Assembly (NCBI GenBank): GCA_973895155.1 | Contig: OZ316891.1 | Location: 11,716,771-11,780,770 of the forward strand | DNA: 64,000 bases | Source: Marsupella aquatica | Taxonomy: Eukaryota; Plantae; Marchantiophyta | Reading direction: 5' to 3' | Shown here: positions 23,999-35,800 of the stretch, piece by piece | Numbering within the stretch: the stretch's first letter is position 1 | Layout: each line of letters begins with the position of its first letter | The notes under the pieces: generated by a model | The model's database searches: none | What the model saw: the letters and a program-made list of their open reading frames with translations, nothing else | Told to the model about the DNA's origin: nothing | Position numbers and translations under genes: made by a program

Positions 23999-26900
23999 TC
24001 ATGGCACAGGCACACTGTTGGCATCTACATCTCTGAATTCGCCTCCTTCAGCAAATGCATCTACCCTTGTCACAGGAATGAAGTCCCCGCTATCATGAAC
24101 TACAGGCACTTGGTCTGAACGCCGACGATCAAAGGCACTATGAGAGTGTAAATGAAACTCAAGGTTTGATCCTTCCATCCGACGTTGCCTAGCCTGTTTA
24201 TGACACACTACACGCCAACCTGGGGAGTCTTCCACATCCAGGAAGAAAGCTTGCTCCACCTGACTAGGAAACACAAATGGCTTAGACCATTCGGGCAATT
24301 TCCCTCTGAAATTGGCCAGCAAGAAACCGTCATTGTCTCTCTTCATGGTAGCCCTGTTACCAAGCCAATCCTGCCGCACCCATGAACCTTTCATAAGAAT
24401 CACAGGACTGGACACCGCCCCATAGTCCAGAGCCCATATGTCAACTAATTCTCCCACATATCCCATCTCCATCCAGGCCCTGTCGTGATTGTGGCTCTGT
24501 TGCTCAAATACAGTGATGAGCCCGCAGTCATTCGTCACCCTGTAGGCACTGTCACCATCCTTCACTCGGAAGTGATTCCCATATGCTCTCATCCGTTTGT
24601 AAGTCTTCACTTTCAAGCTAGGGGCATTAGACAGTAGGTAAATATCTGCATCCATGTCTGGGTGGGTCTCGTGATGCTCTCTAATTGCCACTCTGATCAA
24701 CTCCATGAAACCTGGAAAAGTTGTTCCTGCAGTGGGATGGGCCGCCTTCAATGACTCATACTCCCTGAACGAACAACCACACAGCATTAGCTTGGGTAAA
24801 CATGAACAGGCTGAAGGAGAAAACCACACGAACACAACATTTAAGCTCATGAACTGGATTATAGCACATGTATGCACTCACTGTATCCAGGGTTCCATCA
24901 CCACAGTGTTGTGCAATACAAAGTCATGTGCCAAGTCTCTCATAGATATGGTCAGGTTCTTTGTGGTTGCAGCCCCTTCCAGTACTTCACCTATCACCCC
25001 TTCCTCCTCATCAGAATTCCACACCCTGGTCTTCACATGCTCATATTGTGCTATGTATTCGGTCAGAAATCCCAGAGTCTCATCCTTGATGTAACCTTTA
25101 GCCATGCTTGCTTCAGGTTTGTAATATGTTCTCACGTGACCTTTGAGTAGCTTCATGTACCGTTCCAAAGGGTACAACCAACGAGCACTCACAGGCCCAA
25201 ATTGGTGTAGCTCTTCCACAACATGGACAAGTAGGTGGGTCATGACATCAAAAAATGCGGGAGGAAAATAAATCTCCAGGTCACACAGCACCTGAGCGAC
25301 ATCTTCTGTCAGTTGTGGGAAGTGTGTTTCATCCCAAACCTTCACACAAATACGACGAAACACATCACTGAGTCGCATGATCACAGTACGAACAGACTTC
25401 TGCAACAGGCCCCTCAGGCATAAAGGCAACACCTGTTGCATCAACATATGGTAGTCATGGCTTTTTATACTACCAAGCTTTCTAGTCATGATATGCTTCT
25501 TGAAAGCACTGCCATAGTTTGAAGGAACCTTCAAAGAACTCAACCTCTGCACAAATAGTTCCCACTCTGTGTCTGTCAGAACATAGGGCGCTTGGTACTT
25601 CAAGAGCACATCAGCTTTGTGGGCATGTGGCCTCAACCAAAGATGGGGTTTCATTCCCCTCTGTTCAAGATCCAATCTCACTGAACCAGTGTCTTTCTCT
25701 CCACACAAGAATCTGAGTAGACTCTCACAAATATTCTTTTCAATGTGCATAACATCAATGTTATGTTTGCTTGGCTCAAACTCCTGCATCGTTGCAATGC
25801 AAAAGCGTCAGGAAATGCCTCAAGTTTAGTCTCTCTCTTTGAAATGAATGCACATGCTCTGAACCAAAACATGTATCCCAATTAGCATCAACTCCAAGAG
25901 GCTTACCCTCCAGTACTTGAGCTCCAAGTCCAATATGCTCAGTCTTTTTACACCATATCGCTTTATTGGATCACTCACTCCATCTTCCCTGCCCCCTCGT
26001 TTGATATAGTCATCCCTCAGTGCTCCCCACTGCCTGATCTCCTCTTTGGTCACTCGTGCCGGGGGTCCACGTTGCTCAATCTCATTGCCAAAGTGTGCAA
26101 TCAGTGCCTGTCTTTCTCTGTAAGGGTGATCTGCCTTCAGAAAACGACAATGGCCCATGTATATCACTTTCTGCAGGGCTCTGGAGTACTCACTGGTGAC
26201 ATTGCGCCCACAGATAGTACAAGCACAATATCCTTTTGTTGTTTGGCCTGATATCATCCCATGGGCTGGGTAGTCAGCTATAGTCAGAATGACAATGGCT
26301 CTAAGGATGAATGGGTTTAACCTCCCAAGCCTCTGTAGGACATCATATGTGAGAACTCCTTCCTCCCAAAGCTTTCTCAATTCCTCCACTAGGGGAGCCA
26401 GAAACACATCTATGTTGGCAGATACAGCACTGTCTGGCCCTGGTATCAGTAGGACCATCAGAACAAAAAATCGCTTTGTAGTCATCCAAGGAGGAAGGTT
26501 ATAATTCAAAATAGTTACAGGCCAGCACGAAAATTTGTTGTTCTTGTCTCCAAATGGGTTTACCCCATCCAATGACAGCCCAAGTCTGACATTCCTCGGC
26601 TCAGCAGCAAATTCGGGATACATCTCATCTATGAGTTTCCATTGCCTTGAATCTGTAGCATGTCGTTGTAGCCCATCATCACTTTTCTTGTCAGTTGCCC
26701 AAGTCATCATCTCCGAGATGGCACGGCTTCTGAACATCCGCTGAAGTCTGGGAATGAGTGGAAAATGACGAAGTACCTTGGCGGGAACCATAGACTTTCC
26801 TGAGTTTCGATACCTGTGCTTCCCACACTTAGGGCATGTCAACGATTCTTTATACTCCTTTCTGAAAAGAACATGCCCATCAGGACATGCATGGATCGAA

Positions 26901-27730
26901 TCATAGTTCAATCCAAGATTAGATATGCATCTTTTTGCCTCGTACATGTTCTTGGGCAAAATATTACCATCTGGTAGCACAGTTGTTCGCAAGAATGCCA
27001 ACAACTTAGAAACCAAAACGTTGGGGACATTGTGGTTGCCGCAAATGTTCAGGAACATGATGACAAATCCCAGTTTAGAACATTTGCTACCGGGGTACAA
27101 AGACTTCCTGCCTTCCTGTATTTGCAGGGGAGAGCCAAACATCCCATCATGCCCAGGGGTTTCCTGCCCTATCTCAAACTCATCAAGAGGCTCTTCGACA
27201 GGGGGCACACTTGCATCTGCAACCGTATCCTCTTCATTGTCCAGCCCATCATGAAATGCATCCAAGTCTTGGAAGATGTCTCTCACCATCTCTTCCACAT
27301 GAATTCCTTCGTCACGTGGTGCTGCCTGAGCACCATCCCGTTGGAGAGCTGACAACCCACAGAGACCAGCTACAACATTTTCAAATGCACCAGGCAGAAC
27401 CTCACTTGCCCGTCTTGCAGCATTGGCAGCATCAAATTCTAACCTCCACTCCTCGTCGGAAGAATCTTCCTCTGCAGGATCATTCCAAACTCGATGTTGT
27501 GGATCTCTTCCATGAACCGCGATATGCCGCCAAACCTCATTCAGACCCCTGGTACGGGATCCTTGGCAGATTGCACAAGGATATCTCATCCTACTGGCTC
27601 CTGAAAGTCTGGTTCGTAACCTTTCATGCTGCCAAAGCTTATTATCATGGCGTGATATCCTTGTGGGATGATGCAAAGGCAGTGCCTCTGCCCTGGGCTG
27701 GGTCTGGGGAGGGTGGTGACCAGGGTGCAT
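23999..27730 (-). CDS. TnpD-like CACTA transposase of the inner element (transposase-associated Zn motif, Transposase_21, DUF4218, DUF4216)
   Basis: Exons about 27730-25907, 25783-24882 and 24764-23999 with in-phase GT-AG introns. Motifs YPCAIC...WRHI, IHACP, RNVRLGLSLDGVNPF, NLPPW, DYPA, DVMHIEKN, KSHDYH, PPAFFDVMTHLLVH, WLYPLER, PFVFPSQVEQAFF. Confidence 0.92.
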
Positions 27731-28163
27731 TGTAACAGGCTGGGAGCTCTGCAGTCATGGACAGCAGTGAACAAGGATGCCTAATGGTGGTATTTGTGTT
27801 CCATATATCCCTGACTGTATCTGCCAAAAGAGTTAACATAACGTGTACTAAATTCTCACAAACCCTAAACCACCCCAAAAGAAAAAAACAGGTTCGCAAG
27901 TAGTGTACCTATTGTCAAGTGAATGACACAAAATTCCTAAATGTTGGAGGGTGTCACCACCTCCTCCGCTGTCCTCAAATGTACCGCCTCTGCATGTACG
28001 TTTACAGTGACACCCCCAGGCAGCAGGAAACAACAATCCGCCAACAGTAAAATAAGCCCAACTGCCACCAACCATAACAAGGTACATTAGTTCAAAGATC
28101 ACATTTATTTCAATGATCTGATTTATACAAAAAAACTTGTGTCCAAACTGATGCTACTACTTC

Positions 28164-29042
28164 TCACTCTGATTCAGAATCGCTAATGACCCATTCCTCA
28201 CTTGTTGTCTCATAGTCCTCTCTGTAAGGATCCTGACCCTTCCATGGCCAGGCCTCAAAAAGATCATAGTCCATTGGGTTTTGACGCTTCCCAGCTGCTA
28301 CTGATTCCACAAGCCAAGCATATGAAACCACAAACACATTATGGGACATGACATAAAAGCGAATGTCTCCCTTCCCAAACTTGCGGCAGGCTTTGGGATA
28401 TGACTTAGTAATGACATGAGTGGTGTCCTCTGTTATATTCTCCTCCACTGTCCCACCTAGGTCAAGCACTGTGGACTTGTACACTTTGCACTTAACCTCT
28501 CCAATTCCCGCCTCCACAAATACCATGCTCAGCCCTTTCAGAATGGGGGTTGGTTGCTTCGTCTCCTCAGCCAACATACACTTCAGCCTTGTAGAGCTCT
28601 GTCCTTTGTTGAGTACAGGTCCATATTGGAGATCAGCAAGCCGTGCCTTTGCTTCCCAGACTTCTTGTTCAGCCCAAGCTGATGCAATAGCTTCTTCATC
28701 CTCCCACAACTCATATTGCTCAGTATCCTGTACAATCTTATGTGCTATGGAATCTGTGATCCAAGAGGCCTCAACTACTTTTAGGCCTTGCTTAGTAATT
28801 GCAGAATTCATGTAGGACCATGACCACTTCTTTATCACTGATAGCCATGTCCCTGCAACAACATGTGTAGTCTCTGGAGTGATGTCCTGAACTACAGTGC
28901 CATGGAGCTCAGAGAATCGTTTCTGTACAGTTGGCCAATGCACTTTGGTCAACCCATGCTGGCCATGGACCAAAATCGCTCTGACCCCTGTAAACACTGC
29001 TGGGTGGTCACACTTTCTACGTTTACCAGGCTCCATGTACAC
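28164..29042 (-). CDS. Tandem BRCT-domain protein (Pol lambda-type BRCT), cargo of the inner CACTA
   Basis: Two related repeats: VFTGVRAILV...LHGTVVQDITPETTHVVA...VVEASWITDSI and ILKGLSMVFVE...LGGTVEENITEDTTHVIT...VVSYAWLVESVAAGK...DYDL. Both show the BRCT GG, THxI and WxxxS hallmarks. Confidence 0.8.
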   Translation of the reverse strand: MYMEPGKRRKCDHPAVFTGVRAILVHGQHGLTKVHWPTVQKRFSELHGTVVQDITPETTHVVAGTWLSVIKKWSWSYMNSAITKQGLKVVEASWITDSIAHKIVQDTEQYELWEDEEAIASAWAEQEVWEAKARLADLQYGPVLNKGQSSTRLKCMLAEETKQPTPILKGLSMVFVEAGIGEVKCKVYKSTVLDLGGTVEENITEDTTHVITKSYPKACRKFGKGDIRFYVMSHNVFVVSYAWLVESVAAGKRQNPMDYDLFEAWPWKGQDPYREDYETTSEEWVISDSESE

Positions 29043-29339
29043 ACACTCTACGTGATGACAGTGAATTTTGGAAGAATGGGTTCACTTGACAATACAAGGA
29101 CAACAAAATTCCTGCTTTTTGAGTTGATCTGGCCCACTGGTGCTCAGGTCCGATTTTGATAGGTACAAGGGATATGTGAACAATACGTACTAGGCACCTG
29201 CACGGATGCAGGACATTGTTTGAATATATACTACAAAATCCATATCCGTGGTGAAATGAAGTGCAACCAACTTGTCATGGCACATACATATTTTGTTGTA
29301 AAGGAGGATACATTCAATGACAAACTTCATTGCAGTAGC

Positions 29340-29483
29340 AAATGCCTTTGTACCTTAAATGCTAAATATATTTTACTTTCTGTGCAGTCTGCTAAATTGT
29401 AGAGTCTATCTAAATGCCTTTGTACCTTAAATGCTAAATATATTTTACTTTCTGTGCAGTCTGCTAAATTGTAGAGTCTATCT
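29340..29483. repeat. Exact 72-bp tandem duplication
   Basis: aaatgcctttgtacc...agagtctatct at 29340-29411 and 29412-29483. Confidence 0.95.
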
Positions 29484-29494
29484 CATGCGCAGGC

Positions 29495-30174
29495 ATGGCA
29501 CGGCCTAAAATTCAAGCCAAAAAGCGTGTGACAGAGGTGAGAAACACAGGTGTACTTGGGGCAGATGCTACTAACTTCTCTGCAAGTCAGATTTTCCAGA
29601 AGGCAGCTCATTGTTGTGCCATTTGTGACGATGGTGGGGGCCTGGTCATTTGTGAGGGCCTTTGCATGAGGCATTTCCACCTCAACCCGGAGTCTGACCT
29701 TGCTGCAGAAAACAACTGTCCAGGGGTGGGCCTCCCGTCAACACACCAGGGAGACTGGATGTGCACTGATTGTTTGGAGAAGCAGGCTAAGTGTGCACAG
29801 TGTGGGAAGTTGGGGTCCTATGAGGGCTCTGTTGATGCTGCAGCAAATGTTAGGAAATGTCCAGACCGTTTTTGTGTGAGATTTTTCTGTTTTGAGTGTT
29901 TGCCTGCTCATGCCACAGCTTGCCCACTTCATAGGTGCAAGGCATGTGGTGAGCATGATGATGACTACTGGACTGAAATAGTCCACTGTGCTAGGTGTCC
30001 CACTATGTGGCACTATCATTGCCTGAAAGATCATCAAGCAGAGGGTTATGCTTGTGACAGAGAAATCTATGATCACTCTGCACATGGTGTTGATCGATAA
30101 TATTTTATTGTCATCGCCATGCCATTGATCCTACCTCGCGCACTCCTGTGAAAGATCACATATCTTGGCTGTGA
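29495..30174 (+). CDS. EDM2-like composite PHD-finger protein, cargo of the inner CACTA; 1-bp frameshift near 30098
   Basis: CAICDDGG.LVICEG.CMRHFH...CTDC...CAQCGKLGS...CPLHRC...CARCP..WH..CL. After the frameshift it reads IFYCHRHAIDPTSRTPVKDHISW, matching the EDM2 pattern LIYC..HEID..L.TPVRDH. Confidence 0.8.
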
Positions 30175-32531
30175 AGCTGAACATTGTACATGCACAGTGC
30201 ACCTGATGTGGATGTACTATTTTTTGAGATTGCAGAGATTCCAATTTTGAAAAGGAGTTGGGTAGGCGAGTTTATATAGGCAGCACTTATCTTGTGCTCT
30301 AGCGTCAGTGGCTGGGTACATGCCTATACAAACTTATCCTTACAAGCCTTCTTGGAAGTATTTAGGCTGAGTGGTCATTTTCATAAACACTTTCATCAGA
30401 CTGCTAAATTAAAACAGGACTTCTAAGTTGTAAGCGTATAAATTATCAGGCATGCAATTAATCAAATTGCCCTATGAATGGCCACACAAGGATGCAGAGC
30501 ACACATACTTTTGGTATGTTGAGCCCACACACAAAACTGATCCCCTAATACAATTTCTCCACCAACACCTCAATTTTAATTGTGGCTATGATTCACCAAA
30601 GGAGATCTGCAACAACATTTCATGCATTTGAATCACATACAATAGTCGTGACATGTAAAACAGGCATTCTTCGAAGAGGATTGGTATGAAGCAGTGTCAT
30701 AAGGGTTGAAATTTATACATCCTAAATAGGTTATGATAGTGGCTGAGACAAATAAGTGAGGCATAAATCATTTTGCATATTATCACATGGCCCATTAATT
30801 CATTCAACGTTGCAATGTTCACCAGGTTAAAGCAGTCATGAAAGCAGTCTTTCAATAGAGACTTTTATGCGAGTTTGCTAGCTTCTTAAATTAGGATATT
30901 TTGCTTAGTGCAGGCATAATAGGATATAAGTTATGTACTGTTGACCCTAAACCCTGGACCCAAAATTGCTCATACATCAAAATTTTAAGTAAATATCCTC
31001 TGTGTTGAAGTCAGAGTGTTAAGCTATAGGTCAATGGTATCTGGTCTGTGCATGCGGTGTGACAAGTGGTCCTCTAGAGCATGTGATCCAAACATGTGTA
31101 GACACCAAAGTCACCGATGGTGGGGTCTGGGAGGGCAGGACAAGTGACATCACCAGGCACACTGCAGGATGGCGAGTGGTTCCAGATGATACATTGTGCT
31201 CTGTGCAAAAATCAGCATCCAAGAGAACGGTCATCCAATTCTGGGCCAGAAGCCCTACAGGCAGGACAGTCATATTGGCAACTGTGTACACACCCTTGGC
31301 ACCTAATTTGTGGCGGGTCATGTACAAGAGACACAAATACCAAGGATGTCGGGAAGGGAACTGAAGCAGGTAGAGGCCGGCTGTAGTTGTTCCTGGAAAC
31401 AACAGGGTACTCAAAGTACCATGCAGACTGGGCTGGAAGGATCCCAAGTCTGATATACTCAAGGCGCAACATCTCTGCCTTGCGTGCAAGTCGCACATGT
31501 TCAGCGTTGCGGGTCCTCACCATAAGTGTTGCTTTCGTTGTGATGTCCTCTGTTCACGTCCTTTGATGAGCAAGGTGAGCAGGAGGTCGACTTGCCTCGC
31601 CAACAGCAACCACCTAAACTAATCAGTTCCCACTCATTGTCTTGGTTCCAACTACAGGTCATAGTATACACATAGCATGAAACGTGCATAGTACATATTT
31701 GATTCTGAGTTTATGAGTTTCCTAAGACAAAGAGCTTGGTGATAAACCCATATTCTCGACGGACATGTATATCAATCATATTAAACTCCTGTTTTTTCAT
31801 CCAGAAAGACCGAAAGTCTCACCTTGCAGGTTGCAGCAGAGAGAAAATTCACTGGTTGTCATGTTGTGCAAGTGAACCTCCACTGATGCCCCGGTGTAGC
31901 CCCTCAGATGCAGGTGACACTTACCAACTCCCAAGTTGCCTGGTCTAACAGAAAATGCTTATATCTTCAGAACTTTATAGAGCAAGTACATGATCACATA
32001 CTTCTGGATCTATTCATATTTGGAACTCTTGCCAACTACAACTCCCATTATGCACAAGCTCACATCAACAGAGAAAGATACAGAATGCATACTTACTATG
32101 GCTCTAAGCACCTTCACTACCTTGTTGAACCTAGTCCTGAAGTCTTTTCAGCGTGTTTGTTGTGCTGTCTCCTTTGGCACCCAACACCTTAGTCCTTGAT
32201 GTAACAGAATGCGATTTTACAAGTTAGATGCTTTGGAACCTTCTATGGTCTTAGCTGAATTGATGTCATCGTAAGTGGTGAAAGACAAGGAAGACGAAAG
32301 CTGGTTGAAGAGCTGTGGACAACACACTAGCATGAAGTGCTTCAACCAATCCACTGCCAAACGGAACTCTTACACAGTCACATTCTTTTAGTAAACAAAA
32401 ACTCAGTCAAACTTCAGAATCAAAGTACAGACTCTGAAGGACCAAAGGAGGATGTTGTGAGTTTCTCTGTTGTTTAATGTGTTACCCTTCTAGTTTCGAA
32501 GTTAGCAAATGCTGAATAATGTGTCTACCAG

Positions 32532-32874
32532 ATCTTCGAAAAGAAGCCCACCACAATTAAGAACTTCGGTATCTGGGTCCACGTATCAGAGTCGTACAGG
32601 TTATCACAACATGTACAAGGAATATTGTGATACCACAAGAAACGGAGCTGCAGAGTAGATGTATGATGAGATGGCTTCTTGTCATAGAGTTCGGTTCCCT
32701 TGCATCCAGATCATGAAGACTACGACAGTCCCTGTCTCTCTGTGCAAGCGAGAAAGTACCAAGCAGTTCCATGATTCAAAGATCAAGTTCCCCTTGACAT
32801 ACTGCAAGATTCAACCTCCATTGCGAAAGCTAAAGAAGACTTACAAGGCCACCAAGCCCAACACAATTGTTTGA
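32532..32874 (+). pseudogene. RPL18A: Captured last exon of 60S ribosomal protein L18a (eL20)
   Basis: [29 protein letters not shown]...[15 protein letters not shown]...[19 protein letters not shown], with a frameshift and an internal stop. Preceded by an intron-like acceptor (ctaccag). Confidence 0.92.
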
Positions 32875-35800
32875 GTAGTGCGGGTGCAGGTTCCCAATTT
32901 TGAGACAATTTGGCTCATTTTATGTCCCGAGGGAATCCTGGAGTTTATGTATTGAGTTTCTAGGTGAAGATGCTTAATATAAGGAAATTCAATTATCACT
33001 TCGTTCCCAACTTCTATTAATTGAAAATACACAAGCTGGAAGCAAGAAGACAAGCCACAATCTAGCATCTTAGCCAAACACAATCGTCCCGACAAAGCAA
33101 AACTCAGCTGGACAGAAGTCACTCGGATCCACAAAAAATTGAAGATTCACCTCCAAGCCGGAGGCTGATCACTTCAGTACAGCAGCTTCTAGACGGAACA
33201 AACTCTGCTCAGCCCCACAGAAACACAAATGTTAAGGCTCCAAGTCAGAGCTCACAAACAGAAACTCAGATAAATAACATTCAAAATCTGTCCAGGTTTG
33301 TGCAAAGTGTACATATTCATTCTTCTGGAATGAACACGCAATGCATACATCACCTAGACACAGTCATTATAAATCATTGGGCGATTGGGGACCACTAAGC
33401 AGGTGTGTTCCTATTTCGAGGCTACAGGAAAGGATAGAGTGACACCAAACTCAAGAGTACACCAAAAGAAAAACAGCAAGAACCAAAGTCAATCATGTGT
33501 GGATAAACTGCACATGGGAAGTTCCCCTGAAGAAGCATCAGTTGCTAACATTGTCACCCGAACCACACCTAGTTTATGACCTCAATGTCTTCAGCCTCAA
33601 TATCCAATCCTCAGCCCCCTGGTGCTTCCGTGTTTGTTCTGAAAATTTCTGTGATGAAATAATTATTCAATACATTCAATAGGAGTTCAGACAATCTGAA
33701 GAGGACTTTGGACTTGAATGGGGGACAGCGTGGCCATATAGTTATCCTTGTGGCCTTCAGCTACGTGTCTCACGCTGAATTTCACTTTCCAGTTTCGAGA
33801 GTTGTGAAGGTCTAGTTTTAGTAACTTCCTCCTGACTCGACTTGGGAGCATTCTCTGTATTTGCTAGCTTGTAGTTAGCTTTGACTCCTTTCAGCTTAGT
33901 TGACGACCCTCTTGAGATATTAACAATTAATATCAAAGGCATTGAAACAAAGCGGGTGGCAGTTTCAGTATCTCAGGCAATGCAAAATTAATCCATACTT
34001 AATCAGCCCTGGCCACACATTCCTTCAAAGCCCCTCATACTAGCAAGCAGGTCTGGCCTGTGAATCTTGTAGTGCTTAACGATACAAAGCCTTCCCAAGT
34101 ACCAATTCAAAAGTAGCAGAAATAGATCGAAAGCTAGTTCCGATGATAGCTCCCAAAAGCTTTCCTCAGCCCAATTCCTATGCACATCAGAGGAGCTCAA
34201 ACCATTTAGAAATGAGATCACAGATTACTCTTGACAATCTCAAAAATGCCACAACCTAAGCACTGACAGCTCCGTCCCCCCATTCTAATTTCTCCGACAA
34301 GTTTGCCTTAAAGCACATCCACTCGCAATTCAAGCAGATTCAGAATCATCATAGACAATAGAGTGTTCTACCATAGCCCACGGTAGGTCCACGGCCATCG
34401 TAACAAACGCTCCACCCCCGGGGCTTATTAGTATTGCTCACTTTTAAGAAGGGCAGTTTTCGCAAAAGCAGTCTAATTGCCTAGACTGCACTAGAAAAGT
34501 TGGAGGCAATATCACAGTGGAGCATTCTGCGTCTAAGGGAGAGCGACGCCGTTCAGGAGATAGATGCGCGAGAGAGTGAAGATGGTGGGGAGCGGAAGAC
34601 GGGTTGGGACTGGACCCTTGGTGCCGGTGGGTAATATGTGGGGTTTCAATGAACAATGGGCCAGTTTGAGGAGGATTAAGAAGCGCGCACCCCACGTTCT
34701 TGTGTGGTGGTTGGGTGGGGTTTTGTTTGATAGAAGAAGAAATCACCATTCTCTTATGGAAGAAAGAAAATCGCAGGAAACAGTGGGCGGGAGAACAAGG
34801 CATGTAATAGAGAACAACGAGGCATGTAATAGAGTACTTGCGGTTACTCTAACGGTGCATGAACACTCACCTTTGTCTTCCGCTTTGTCTGCTGTGGCCA
34901 ACAAATCCCAGAGCACTGCCGAGCTTGGTGGTTGCTTGATGGTTGAAAGTGCGTAGCTCACGTCCCTACCTCAATGTCCAACTCAATGTGGGATGCAGCA
35001 GCTTCTCTTGGTCGCATCTCCTCTTCGTCGCATCTCCTCTTGGTTGCATCTCCTCCTTGTCGCAGCTCCTCTTGGGGTTTACAGCTAGCGCGCAGCAACG
35101 CTCGATGGTTGACAATGCGCAGCTGAGCTAGGAGAAGAACTGAATGACTGTGGTTGCTCTTCTTTGCAGTCCAAGCACCCGGCTGGCAGAATGCTACGAC
35201 ACCTGAAAGAAGCGCACTTTCAGCTGCATGGCCGGGACTAGTAGAAACCGTTGACGGTGAAGGGCATTCTCGGTTTGGACCTCCTCTCTCCAACCCCTTC
35301 TAACCCGCACCTCCAAAGTTGATTCGGGAGTTGATTAGCAATAACGTCGCTCCTATGCCAAAGGCACCAAGAACCAAGCCAAAAGAAAGGGTTTAGCAAA
35401 GGGAGAGCGATGTAGTGTGCACTGATCAATGACTCAAAGTTGACGTCGAATCCTCCATTGCGCTAGCTATTGGCGATTGCCACACAGAGAGCAGCCGTAT
35501 GTAGCAAACTGTAATGCAGATACTCCCGTCAAAGGTCGATGCGTCACACTCAGCTTTAGAGGAAGGATAAACGATTGAGCAGCATTGCATTGTGAAAAAA
35601 TGTTGGAGAAGCACATTGCTTCCAGGCCCGAACTCACCTCCTTCCCCTTTCACCACTTCGCAGCTCCTCCAAGAGACATTCACTCAAGGGCACATCACGC
35701 AGTTGCTTGCCCTCCTCAGAAGCTCAACACCACAGCCACCAAAGTTGTCAGCTCCCACTGCAACTAAACAGGTCACTACCAAAAGCCCGCTCCCACCGCA

